The notes beneath the pieces are model-generated. The model made no database searches, was not told the DNA's origin, and saw only the letters and a program-made list of their open reading frames with translations. From assembly GCA_965637545.1 (NCBI GenBank), contig OZ281494.1:1674001-1738000 (forward strand): a stretch of DNA of 64,000 nucleotides, written 5' to 3'. This document shows, piece by piece, positions 12,397 to 24,916 of the stretch (positions within the stretch are counted from its first letter, which is position 1; each line of letters begins with the position of its first letter). This DNA is from Phallusia mammillata (Eukaryota). The position numbers and the translations under genes were made by a program.

Positions 12397-13020
12397 CAGG
12401 GGTGGCCAAACTGCGGCTCTCGAGCCGCATGCGGCTCATTGAGCCTTTGATTGCGGCTCTTTGATGCTGCACATGCATTCCCATCTTGCAGTTGTTTGAC
12501 CAGTTGATAAAACAATGCATTTTATCACGTATTAACAATAGACTGACTGTTTGTCATAACCAATGTACATTCCGAAACCAGGCGAAAAGAACATTTTTGT
12601 ACAAAAGTGTGCTATAACTTGTGCATTATAGTCAAATATATTTTTAGATTTAAGCTGTAAGTCAGGGCTGACATTAAAAGCACTTTACATTTCTATTGCA
12701 GCTTCTACTAGCAATAACTGCAAAGTTTAAACCTGTGTGTCTTATCTGTCAAGCTTTGTTCAATCATTACAAAACTAGTGACTTCAAACGTCATTACGAA
12801 GCTAAACACAAAAACTTTTCCATTATATCAGCCAAATTTCAAACACCTTGCAGCCCAGGTGGAGACTCACAGTATCACCATACAACAATAATCATTATTT
12901 GATAGCTTATGCTTCGTGGTGATTAAATGAATTCGTTTTTTGATTTTTTTTGTGTTGCGGCTCTTCTAAAACTAAGTTATGTGATATGGCTCGAGCGTGA
13001 AGCAGGTCTGGCCACACCTG
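12397..13020 (+). mobile_element. Internally deleted hAT (Charlie/Buster-like) element
   Basis: Imperfect TIRs CAGGGGTGGCCAAAC / GTCTGGCCACACCTG, 8-bp TSD TGCTATGC on both sides, and a BED-finger remnant KPVCLICQ...KRHYEAKH (12696-12902). Confidence 0.9.
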
Positions 13021-13725
13021 TGCTATGCAAAGCAATATACAACACACCGTCTTACGCTACGCTTGCTTAGCACATTTGTTATGTGACCCAACTGTATACA
13101 AACGCGTGTACCTGATGTATCCCTTCATAACACTGCTGATGGCATGTGCCGAACTGTAAACTATGTCGCTTTTTATTTTCTTGGCGCTGTTATTTAAATC
13201 ATGAAGTAGGGAACCATTTACACAGATCTACTTCTGCTTCCTGTGCGTCAAGATTTTAACCCTAGAACAGGTACGACTACCCACTGCACATCTGCACAAC
13301 CGACACTGATTACTGACTCATAACACATTGTTGATTAGCTTTGATGGAGTTTTCTGTATGTTGTAAAAATGAACAGCTTCGTCTGAAAGAAAGAGCAATG
13401 CGTTGCAAAGCATGACTCAAAGCTGTCTGTATATCTCATCCTCCATTTGTTTTGTTTTATTCCTATAACGTGTAGGAGCGGCTAACGTAAAAAAAACACC
13501 GAGCAAGCAATAGGCGGTTATGTTGGTAGCAACGATGTACAGCTTTTCCGTAATCATAAGTGGTTCCGTCCAGAGTTGCAAGCGGGCCCGAAATCTGAGA
13601 CCGAATCCGGCCCGAACCCGAATGTATAAGCCCGAAGACTGGCCCGAACCCGAATGTATAAGCCCGAAGCCCGAAGCCCGGCCCGAACCCGAAACGTTTT
13701 TGCAAAGCCCGTTTGGGCCCGAAAT

Positions 13726-13925
13726 NNNNNNNNNNNNNNNNNNNNNNNNNNNNNNNNNNNNNNNNNNNNNNNNNNNNNNNNNNNNNNNNNNNNNNNNNNN
13801 NNNNNNNNNNNNNNNNNNNNNNNNNNNNNNNNNNNNNNNNNNNNNNNNNNNNNNNNNNNNNNNNNNNNNNNNNNNNNNNNNNNNNNNNNNNNNNNNNNNN
13901 NNNNNNNNNNNNNNNNNNNNNNNNN
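13726..13925. other. Assembly gap, exactly 200 N
   Basis: Run of N. The round length suggests a scaffolding placeholder rather than a measured gap. Confidence 0.98.
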
Positions 13926-14946
13926 GAACCAACAGTTGGCAAATGTGTGGAGGCCGTTACTTGTATTGACGGTCACGTTTATAACGCGGTCAACAAATGC
14001 AACTAAACAACGCAGAGGCGACACCTGACGACTACAAAAAAACATACATCGCCCACACAAAGAATTCAAATTATATTTTCGAATAGAATTCGTATCGTTT
14101 TCGATTTTTAAACAAATGTCTGACTTTATAAGTATCTGTCGATACGAAATAAACCATAAAGTGCACACACAATTAAAACCCTTTTCTCCCGTGTTAGAAA
14201 ATAAATTAATATAATTCTAAGTTAAATTGTTGTTTTGAACAATTTAGGCATGGTGTCTTTTATTGCGACACAGGTTTTTGAACAATTTGGACACCAGACA
14301 GCCTTTGTTAGACCTTGATATCACAACGACCAGTCTATTTGTTATCAAAACGACCGGTCTATCGGTTGTTTGGTAATACGTGTAGTGACCGTACTTTTTT
14401 CAAAGTCTGAGCAGCCTGGATGTCACCGACAACCGCACAAGGGTTTCCTAATTTGTCTCCAACGCAACACTGCCTGCCTGACGGGTACATTCAACAGTTT
14501 TGTTGCATTGGTGCTCTGTTAAACGAACAGAAAAGGTGTCACAAACACATTATAACGAATACGCTGAACAACGTACACCAAGAAACATGCTAAGAAATCA
14601 TTATTACGGTATTTCACATTCATAAGTTATCACAAAATAAATCTCATGCAATAAACACAATCAAAGTAAGTACCAACTTGTTGATAATCCAAGTTTAAAT
14701 TTCAGGATTTAATTGTACTTTGTTTGACAAAGACGTTTCAACAATTTAATTCACTTTCATCATTCACGTTGTTGTATTTTGACGTTAGAGTTTTCTCCAT
14801 CAATCATGACAGGCGCTTTGTCACAATAAAATGTCAAAACACAAGCGTGTAGCAGAAGCAGGGAAAAAAGAACAAGCAAGCAAATTGTCGCTGTAAAAAT
14901 GTGCGTTCCAAGTTAATGCTTTTTACAGTAAAAATGTAACATTCTT

Positions 14947-16540
14947 TTATAGTTGTACAAGGACAAAATATCCGTTCACTATGTCCAATGATATGCGCAA
15001 CGCCTCGATTCCGCATCGACCAAGTAAATTTAAATGCGGCATTCTGGAGACAAACATCGTAAGACTACATATGGTTGTCCCGTGTTTGACTTCTGCTTGG
15101 AATGCGCCGAGTATCGGCACCAGATGTTCCGTTGCAGAGTTGAAACGCTGATTGGTTTCCTTTAAACTCGGTTTCACAATTTTCTTCCAGAAATTTACAG
15201 AAACGAAATTTCCGCTTGTTGCTGTGTCAATCTCTAACAAACAAGCTTTACCGTTTATGCTGACGGTTACCTCGAGTTTCGGACTGAAATCTGCTTCTGG
15301 CTTCATCGAAAGTAGCGAATTTACATGTTGAACAGGCGAAACAGACGCCTGTTTCTTTCTGCAAACAATTTCCAAATGGCCTATACGTTTACAGAATTTG
15401 CAAGTGGCTCTTTTATAGCGGCAATCGGGTGCCAGGTGGTCAGGTTTTCCACATCGGTAACAAGATGTATTTTTCCTAAACTTGTCAATTGTAGGTGTGG
15501 ACGTACTAAAACCTTTCTTTGCATCCCGTACCTTGTGTACCGATCCGCGAGTTCCATACACAGTTTCCTTTGCAACCTTTGCAGCGTCTTCGGTTTGCAT
15601 TGCAACTTCAATAGCTCGGGTAAATGTCAACTTAGCGGCGTTGATTTTGAATTTGCCTTTAGCACTGCTTTGTTACCTATAGAACAAATGAACCTTGCAC
15701 GCAACGCTTCGTCCAGCGGGGCTTTAATTGAAGGAAAATCGCACGTGCCTGCGTCGTGACGAATGCGTGCAGCTAACTCTTGCACTGTTTCCCCGGGCTT
15801 GCGCTGCATGTTGCTCGAAAATTTAAAGCGTTCCCGAATAACAAACCTTTTCGGATCGAACTGTTCTTTCATGAAACCTTCAATTTCTGTGATTGAAAGA
15901 TCGTTCACAGTCTTGGCTGGGGAGCTTTGACCAGCCAGATTGGATAGAAGCTTGTACGTTGTAGGGGTTTGATTGGTGAGAAAAACTTGAGCCACCCTCG
16001 TTTCTGGAACAGCATGTGCTTGTATAAGCGTTGTAAACCTAGACCAGTAGTCGTCCCACAGCTCCGATGTTGAGTCGAATGAGGCAAAGCTTGGCGTAGC
16101 AACGGAAGGTGCAGCGTTGTGACTTGAACCAGCTTTCTCAACTAAGGCAAGAATTAGCTTCATTTGTTCATCATGGCGTCTTTGCTGCTCTTTTAGTTGT
16201 TCTTGCATCAGCTTTGCAATTTTCTCCATCGTTGAAAAGAACTATCTTCGATACCAAACTGCGTATAACTCGTTCAGTTGGTAGATCCCGTCCTCGTCGC
16301 CAATAAACTCTGTTGTATTTCTTTGTATTGTTCGCTCAAAGAGTAAAATAGAATGAATAACGAATAAATGAAACAAGCATTTATAGCTTGGATAATTTGC
16401 AATTTACATAGCACAGACGAATAGTAATCACCACAGGCAAAACAGTAATGAATGCGGTACAATTAATGAATCACGTGACTATGGAATGCGCGTGGGCGAT
16501 TCAATGCCTTAAGGAAAATGCACGAAGCGGAACCACAACA
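14947..16540 (-). mobile_element. Truncated Ty3/Gypsy (Mag-like) LTR retrotransposon: one LTR, PBS, frameshifted gag, protease
   Basis: Putative LTR 16311-16540 with TGTTGT...ACAACA ends. PBS TGGCGACGAGGACGGGAT (16285-16302) resembles the complement of a tRNA-Ser(GCU) 3' end. Gag starts at 16229 with a 1-nt frameshift near 15655. Two CCHC knuckles (CYRCGKPDHLAPDC, CKFCKRIGHLEIVC) and a protease-like EIDTATS...LLGR. No RT, RNase H, integrase or second LTR seen. Confidence 0.85.
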
Positions 16541-17508
16541 CAAACTATCTCTTTAGCATGATTACATTCGTGTGTATCGAACTGTCGTTGTCGCCTCAAA
16601 AGCCCGTTTTTAGTGTTGGTCAATCTTCTAACATTGAATTGCCGTTGACAAAAGTTTCAACCGATGTATGATTTTTATTGCTCATTCAGTTTTTTGTGAT
16701 TTATGTTGTATATTTAGATTTTGTGCTTGTGCATTAATGTCGTACAAAATCCACGATGTCTTGTCTATTTCGTTGCATTAAGGTAGAACAGCAAACTGTT
16801 TGTCAAACCGAAGCAAATTGTTCACAATTAATATGTTGATTTAGTAATAATTAGATTTGTCATCGGAACTATGTAAACAATACTGCTCAATTACACTAAT
16901 AGTTGTTTTAAAACTTTAAAATGGTATTGTCTCACTGAAAATCAACACCATGAAACAATGAAGCTTAGTTGCTGAGTTGTGTGAGGATGTATTTATGGAT
17001 CCACAAGCATAAGTGAAACCATCGGAAGTGTGTTCGATAATTCAATATTTGCGATTTGAAGGTGTCGACCACTCTGTATTTGTAAGTTGCAAGGACGTTA
17101 GGTGGCGTAAGAGGGTCATTTGTGACGGGATGCGTTGACTGCAAATACTTGGCATCAGTCTTTGCCAAAAAATCTCAATCACATTGCTTCTTTCCAACTG
17201 ATTTAGATGTTAGTCGGGTTTTTCCTTTTGGTTTTTTGAGGTTGAAGTCTAATCAAGTGTCGTAATTTTCACGTTCGAATTGGTAACTTTCGTCAATTGA
17301 GCTCTGAATTTAAGAAATTACGGATCAGGAAATTACGGATGAATTTAAGAAATTTTCGATCCTGCTTGCAACTTCATACTTTAGTCATCAATTATTGCAT
17401 ATATTTTGTTAACTTCCTCAAGGTTGTTGACTACGTCAAATCCAATACCTACATTTACCACCCGGAAGTGACAAGGAGACTGGCCTGTATACGTTCAACG
17501 CCTCTTAC

Positions 17509-18480
17509 AAACTTTTCCGTTTCATAGGATACAACTTGCCAGCATGGAGCGTTGTATTATGGGATTGGATGGGAGAAGTCAAGCATGGAGTGCAGTGGGG
17601 AACCGGCTTGCCATGCTTTTCAAGTGAAACGTGAGTATTCTATATACGTGTACTAATATACAAAAGATTCCCTAGTGTAGTGAATTTTAAAAACGCTACC
17701 TAAAATCTTTCGTAGCCATTTCTTTCAATGCCTCATTGCGCTGTTTTCTTATGGTAAAATTACTGAACGAATGACAATGAAGTGTAGTATAAGTTCGATT
17801 TGCAGTTAAAGATGAAAAAGTGTTTGTCTTATCACAGTATCGAGAACCAGTACTTTTTTTGACGGTACTGTTTTTTGCAGCCCTGTTATTTCTCCAACAT
17901 TTGGGAAATAAGAATTTAGCAACTACTGGAGAAATAAAAACATTGAAAAACAAATTGGATTTTTTCCCTAAAATCATGCTGAAACCGACGGAGTTGCAAG
18001 TAGGGCCGGGTTCGGGTTCGGGCCTGGTTCGGAATCGGAAAACAGGCTCAAAACGGACCCGACTTGACGTTCCGTGTCCGCCATTGTTTTTTAAATAAAA
18101 TCACTTAGCTAAGTAACAATTCTCTGGCTTTGACCTCATGCCCACCCTCCTCTAAAACGTATCGTTTTACCCATTGTCTACTATTGTTCAATGTGTTCGT
18201 TGTCTTTCTCTTTTTTCTTTCTCATCCTTTGTTGCAAGGCTTTCGTGGGTAGGCCTGTCAATCAAAATTTCGGGCCCAAACGGGCTTTGCAAAAACGTTT
18301 CGGGTTCGGGCCGGGCTTCGGGCTTCGGGCTTATACATTCGGGTTCGGGCCAGTCTTCGGGCTTATACATTCGGGTTCGGGCCGGATTCGGTCTCAGATT
18401 TCGGGCCCGCTTGCAACTCTGGACGGAACCACTTATGATTACGGAAAAGCTGTACATCGTTGCTACCAACATAACCGCCT
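17509..18480 (+). pseudogene. Decayed fragment of a further CTL-aGPCR paralog (end of lectin exon E, intron, start of GAIN exon)
   Basis: 17509-17630 matches exon E including its GTGAG donor, and the intron is homologous. 17881 onward matches the GAIN exon with a 1-nt deletion; it is interrupted at 17991-18421 and resumes with GACGGAACCACTTATGATTACGG. Confidence 0.85.
17991..18421. mobile_element. MITE-like insertion with TTCGGG-rich internal repeats
   Basis: Inverted termini GAGTTGCAAG (17991-18000) / CTTGCAACTC (18410-18419). It interrupts a recognisable exon. A related short copy lies at 52474-52558 and a mirror part at 13571-13725. Confidence 0.65.
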
Positions 18481-18971
18481 ATTGCTTGCTCGGTGTTTTT
18501 TTTACGTTAGCCGCTCCTACACGTTATAGGAATAAAACAAAACAAATGGAGGATGAGATATACAGACAGCTTTGAGTCATGCTTTGCAACGCATTGCTCT
18601 TTCTTTCAGACGAAGCTGTTCATTTTTACAACATACAGAAAACTCCATCAAAGCTAATCAACAATGTGTTATGAGTCAGTAATCAGTGTCGGTTGTGCAG
18701 ATGTGCAGTGGGTAGTCGTACCTGTTCTAGGGTTAAAATCTTGACGCACAGGAAGCAGAAGTAGATCTGTGTAAATGGTTCCCTACTTCATGATTTAAAT
18801 AACAGCGCCAAGAAAATAAAAAGCGACATAGTTTACAGTTCGGCACATGCCATCAGCAGTGTTATGAAGGGATACATCAGGTACACGCGTTTGTATACAG
18901 TTGGGTCACATAACAAATGTGCTAAGCAAGCGTAGCGTAAGACGGTGTGTTGTATATTGCTTTGCATAGCA

Positions 18972-19595
18972 CAGGTGTGGCCAGACCTGCTTCACGCTCG
19001 AGCCATATCACATAACTTAGTTTTAGAAGAGCCGCAACACAAAAAAAATCAAAAAACGAATTCATTTAATCACCACGAAGCATAAGCTATCAAATAATGA
19101 TTATTGTTGTATGGTGATACTGTGAGTCTCCACCTGGGCTGCAAGGTGTTTGAAATTTGGCTGATATAATGGAAAAGTTTTTGTGTTTAGCTTCGTAATG
19201 ACGTTTGAAGTCACTAGTTTTGTAATGATTGAACAAAGCTTGACAGATAAGACACACAGGTTTAAACTTTGCAGTTATTGCTAGTAGAAGCTGCAATAGA
19301 AATGTAAAGTGCTTTTAATGTCAGCCCTGACTTACAGCTTAAATCTAAAAATATATTTGACTATAATGCACAAGTTATAGCACACTTTTGTACAAAAATG
19401 TTCTTTTCGCCTGGTTTCGGAATGTACATTGGTTATGACAAACAGTCAGTCTATTGTTAATACGTGATAAAATGCATTGTTTTATCAACTGGTCAAACAA
19501 CTGCAAGATGGGAATGCATGTGCAGCATCAAAGAGCCGCAATCAAAGGCTCAATGAGCCGCATGCGGCTCGAGAGCCGCAGTTTGGCCACCCCTG
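18972..19595 (-). mobile_element. hAT element, mirror of 12397-13020
   Basis: Reverse complement of 12397-13020. Confidence 0.9.
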
Positions 19596-19977
19596 GCATA
19601 GCACATTGCATGGAGATTTTAAATCAAGTGTTGTGCATTTTAGCTTCCCTGTTGTAAAATAACTTACATTGGTTACAAAGTTTAAGCACAGACAATGTCC
19701 AGTTCACTTGTGTTCACTTGGTCCGGAAGCAAAGCAGTATTGCGAGAAAATGAGGGCGAATCGGTTCAGCTGGTTACAATACATTGACCGTATTGGCTAT
19801 AGCCAGAATACAGCACACCAAAGCGTCAGGACAGACTGAAACGTCCACAGCCCACCTGTGAGCTCAAAGTTTATGTTATAATTGCAGCCAGTGAAACACA
19901 ACGTGTCTTCTACTTCTGCAGCAAATAGTAATGGCAAGTAGAAAGTGGCCGTATATGTGATCATTGTGACAAACGTG

Positions 19978-22900
19978 ATGACTGGGCTTTCCATCAGCAA
20001 GTTTGTGATTTTGTTCCTGATGATTCACAATGTATACGGACAAACTAAACGTAAGTGTTACCACTAAAAGTGTTAATATTCGTTTGTTGGGCAATTTAAT
20101 TTTGCCAATTTTGCAATTAATTGTGCCAACTGTCCGAACTCAAGCCTGGTGTTGCGTTTAACAACTTATTAGACAAAACAATTGCAGAAAACAGTGCAAC
20201 AACGAGGTGTTTTCCAGGTTGCAACAAAACGATGCAAGCAGTGAAGGACAGTGTGCTGATATTATCTGACGATCTTGTGGATGCAAACACTGCACAGGAG
20301 AAATGTTCTTTGCTGGGTGGAAGTCTTGCAATGACTGATGACCCACAGATCAACACAACTCTCACTCAACTCATGACAGACAAATACACGAAAGGTTGGC
20401 ATATTGGTATACAATTTTAAGGCTCGGCAACAAAGTACAACAAAACGACTTAACTGCCTATCCCAACAAAACGTTGTTTCAGATTTGCAGCGGGTTTATA
20501 TTTTCTTTGACCCGGACACATATGAACGATGCAAATACTCATGTAGTTCGGCTGAAGTGGATTTCTGGAAAAGTACAAAATCTCTCGGACATCTGTGGTA
20601 TTTCGACTTGTACAAAACGTAAAAAGCAGATAATTATAAACTTTTCATGATCATTTGGATCAGCGGCTAAAATTTTTCAGTTATGTGTTCATAGCGGCCC
20701 GTTTCATCAACTCGAGAATTAGCGGTCTATAAAGTTGAATGTTAACCTTAGAAAACAAAAAATTAAAGCAAAATCACTACTATAAGGGTTAAAACCAGAT
20801 AGTTATAAACTTGTCACTATCAATTAACCTAAATTTTTTCGAACAGGAATCTCGAAAACGCGATGGAACCAATTTACTTCTGCGAGGCTTGGAAAGACAG
20901 GAATCCTGAAATGGAAAAGTGGTTTGTGTCTATTGGAAGAAATTGTGACGGACTTTTACCTCATGGAGATTGGGCCGGTTGGTTTTTATTACCTCAGTAA
21001 AGTTTGTTGGACCACAAAAATATATTATTGCCAAAACATATTATGTACAGTTTATGTTTTGGGTTTGTCAGGTTTTGATACAAAATCTTTTTTATTTAAT
21101 GTCTTGTATCTCACATACAAATATATGCGGGATGGAACCTACGATATTCCTTGTTTTTCGACGCTAAATCAAGGAAACGTCAACACGAAATATTCAGCTA
21201 CAGAAGCATCGGTGAAATGTATGGAAGCAAACTGCGAAGTGTCAATGAATCGTTTGAAAACTTTACTACATATGATGGATCATTCCTGGCACCAAGTGAG
21301 CGTTTGATCTTAAATAGTAATACATCTGCTCTCATGTCAAAAAGCATTTACCTTCTTTCTAGAAGTTAAAGTGTTTGTTGGAGCTCGTTACAACACGTCG
21401 TTGAATGGTTGGTATTGGAGCGATGGATCTCCGGCAAACTTTCCTGTTTCCAACGTCACATCTTGCCAGCAGGGAATGTTGCATTATGGGATCGGATGGA
21501 AGCAGTCAAGCATGAACTGTAGTGGTGAACCGGCTTACTATGCTTGTCAAGTGAAACGTGAGTGTTCTAATATGCATGAACTGAAACACAAAAGATTTCC
21601 TGGTGTAAAGAATATTAAAAATGCAGCTTTCAATCCTTTTTCAAATACTTTTGTCCATACCTAATGTACATCTTTTTCTGATGTGAAATGACTCAACAAG
21701 TGACAATGAATTGTAGTATAAGCACGTTTTGCAGTTAAGGATAAAAAAGTGTTTGTCTTATAAAAGTAACGAGCTAGTCGTTATATATATTTTTTAACGG
21801 AGTTGTTTTTTGCAGCCCTGTCATTCCTCCAACGATTCCGAAATAAGAATTTAGCAAATACTGGAGAAATCAAAAACATTGCAAAACAAATTGGAATATT
21901 TTCCCAAAATCATGCTGAAACCAACGGAACAACTTATGATTACGGAGAAGCTCAACTGTACATCGTTGTTACCAGCATCAACCAAGAGACATATAACTCG
22001 ACTATACAGCTGGGATCATCTAAGATTGACATCTCATTGCAGACAAACGGGGTTCAACGCATCGTTATTGATGTGTATGTCTTTCAGATAAACACAACCG
22101 AAACAGCACAGATTCAACCTCTCAAAGTCGGCTCCCTGACAACAACAAAGTATGAAGCTGCATTGAACACCACCTTTATTAATATTGTTGGTCGCAATGC
22201 AGATAGCTTTGAACCCATATCCAGCAACCATTCAACCAGCAACGAGGAAAACAATCATCTTCAAGGAAAAGCAAATTTCACCGTATCTCCAATGTCACTA
22301 GAATCCGTCTGCAAGAAAATCAAATTGGGAAAGATCAGCAATGCAAACCTTATTATCAACAAAATGAAACCAATTTGTCTCTACTTCGACAGAGTTGAAG
22401 ATAAGTATTCAGATCGTGGTTGCGCCACAATTACTGATGACGTAACAGGCAACGTCACTTGCAAATGCCACCATCTCACCTTGTTCACTGTTCTGCTGGC
22501 TGTCGAGACCACCACCATACCAAAGGGCATCAAGGTAAAGATTCAAATAAGTAATTTAAAGAATGGCTCACTATTAAGAAATATTTTATTTTAGAATGTA
22601 AAGTTTAAAGATTCAAATGTCATCTTAACAAACAGCACATGATTACGCAATATTTTATTTCAGATCACATCTTACGCCACAGAATCAACATCAGTCGTAT
22701 TTCTGATTGCCACCATAGTAATCCTATACAAATCGAAACAAAACATTGATCGGGTTCCGGTTCAAATCAGCTTGTCAATGGCTCTGCTACTCTTCCACGC
22801 AGTCAACCTATCCCATGATCTTGCCGTGATGCACGAGATTCCATGCGTGATTCACACAGCAGCCAATCAATATTTATTACTCTGTGCAGGTAAATAACTA

Positions 22901-23718
22901 ACCACATAATTCAACCCTTAAAAGATTTGTTTGTGATCGATTGAATCGTTTGTTTCAGGAATGTGGTCTCTGGTCGAAGGAATTCGTCTGTTTATGGCCA
23001 CTTCCTTTCCAGTCGAGTTTCAAACTCAGGATTCAACGAAACGTCTCAGGGTTTTTATGCTCACTGGCTGGCTTATTCCCGCTCTATTAGTGGGAATATC
23101 TACTACTGTGGGGTTTGTCATGGGAATCTACATGAAGCCCCAACCGCTAAACGAGCAGTGTAACCAATTGATACAGGTTCAAAAATACGACCGATGCTGG
23201 TTGGTGCCCGGTACTCCGATCTTCTACACAACGGTCATCGCTCCTCTTGCTCTTGTCCTCTTCATCAACCTGATCATTATCCTGAAGACAACACATGTGA
23301 TGCTGAACTCGAGACGGATGCGAAACGGAGGAGAAGATCCGGGGACAGGAGATGCATTAAGAGCATCAAAGTCTTTCATCTTACTCTTCCTCATGCTTGG
23401 TGGAACTTGGATTTTTGCTTTTTTCACAGGTAATAATTGTACATTGTGTGTTTCGAATTACTAACAAATTAATTACATCAATGTAAAGTTACATCAATAA
23501 ATGTTAAGCACCCTTTCTTTTCTGCAGGAATTGGCAACGAGATTTCGAACGAGGTGTTCATGTACATCCACAGCTTGGTTAACGGATCGCAGGGTATCGT
23601 CGTCTTTCTGTTGTATTGTGTCATTGATGATGACGTCAGAAAGGAAGTTTTACCGTGCAAGCGTGAAGCTGATGTTGGGTCTGATTCACAAGTAACAGGA
23701 CAAACTTTTAGGGGGTGA
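19978..23718 (+). CDS. Adhesion GPCR: signal peptide, split CTL-like module, GAIN/GPS, 7TM
   Basis: Phase-compatible exons 19978-20050 (MTGLSISKFVILFLMIHNVYG), 20218-20394, 20483-20618, 20847-20977, 21131-21295 (acceptor is GG, not AG), 21363-21557, 21816-22534 (GPS CLYF...GC...CKCHHLTLF), 22664-22889, 22959-23429 (MWSLVEG), 23528-23718 (NGSQGIVVFLLYC, TGA). Confidence 0.88.
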
Positions 23719-24743
23719 CTTGCGTGAAAGTCTTTTTTGTCGATTCGTTCAAACTTGTTGAGTACTTAATACTAAGATCTTCGTCACCTTGATATAAACC
23801 TGTCTTCTATAACATTGCATGAAAGCTGCATTCATGTATTTGGCATTTTTGCTTATCTTTCTTGTACTGTACTGTAATGTGTCAATTGGCAGATGATTTA
23901 ACTCTAAAATTGAACTTTCGCGTAAATTTGTGTTTTAGTCGAAAAGAATCTGTGTTTGAAATTGGGATTACACACCTGCTGTGTCAGCAGACATTTAAAA
24001 CTTTTTGGCGCAAACAGTGTCGATTTAAATATGATGTCTAAGATGTGTTAATTCACTTTTTACAGGTAAAACTCCATTATTCTTTCAAGAATACCAAAAT
24101 TTGTTTAGTGTTATGGACTATTACACTTCGATTTCTTTTTAAATTCTGCACTCTATTATGTGTTGTGGCTTTTATTGTGCAATGTGATTTAGTAGTAATT
24201 TCACTTCAAAGCGATTCCACGTCACTGAAAAACATACCGAGTTCCTCTCATCCGACTGTCTCTGGGCAGCAGTAGACGTTAAACTCCCGGAAATTTGTCG
24301 ATAAAAACACATCAACCAACGTCATCGCCTGCAATACTGTTGTGTCATGGCAGTTCATTCTTGTCACGTCAGATGCACATTTTCCTCTTTGTACTGAGAA
24401 CCACTGCGGCGATAACATGTTACAGGCGCGTGATATTGAACGAGTGTGACGTATGTGCAATGAGACTGAGTGATTAATGTTCAAAGGTAAAGAGCATTCA
24501 TTTTTGGGCGAATTCCTTCATTTAAACATTAACTAGTGAAATAGTAATGTACACAACATCTGTAAAAATCGTTACTTTATCAAAGTTAAATCAGCAAAGA
24601 AGCATATCAGTATTTTATTTGTATTGCATTGCTCACAATGAACACTTCCACTGTATGCGGCCATAGGGTACTTAAACAAATTTGTCGTTCAACTGGTGTA
24701 ATGCTGAACAAAATACTAATTGTTGTTTTTAAGAACTTGTATT

Positions 24744-24789
24744 TCGCTAACGTTTCGCCCACCAGAACGGTAGGGCTTCATCAGAGCAA
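24744..24789 (-). ncRNA. Hammerhead ribozyme, intact core (mirror of 7203-7248)
   Basis: The plus strand reads GGGCTTCATCAGAGC, i.e. CUGAUGA on the minus strand. The copies at 27421-27466 and 32091-32136 read GGGCTTTATCAGAGC (mutant). Confidence 0.85.
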
Positions 24790-24916
24790 TGAACGATATA
24801 GTGCAAGCATAACAGGCGAAAATGCACAAGCGCAGCGGGATATAACGTAAAGTAATTATAAGAGAACAAAGGCTTATCGTGATGGGTTGAGTGTGCTATA
24901 TTGTGACAGTGCGTAA

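Larger units (their letters stand above)
1..13725. repeat. Left arm of giant inverted repeat (pairs with 18267-31991; outer end lies beyond the window start)
   Basis: ORF pairs have coordinate sums of 31992 (4553+27439, 9398+22594, 13417+18575, 527+31465). Sequence checked by eye at both ends. The arm stops at the N gap. Confidence 0.97.

Noticed and set aside
13417-14168. ORFs containing X runs
   Set aside because: They read through the 200-N gap and MITE repeats.
14769-14778. TGTTGTATTT as the end of a second LTR of the Gypsy fragment
   Set aside because: The match to 16311 is only 10 nt and does not extend.
19931-19960. ATG GCA AGT AGA as the GPCR start
   Set aside because: It hits TGA after 9 codons. 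The ATG at 19978 gives a clean signal peptide and a phase-1 GTAAGT donor.
20847-21295. Faint resemblance of the insert (WFVxIG...GW) to farnesoic-acid O-methyltransferase-like domains
   Set aside because: Too few matching residues by eye to support the call; it needs a profile search.
21735-21766. Possible mini-exon after TTTTGCAG between lectin exon E and the GAIN exon
   Set aside because: It has an in-frame TAA and incompatible phases; exon E splices in frame directly to 21816.
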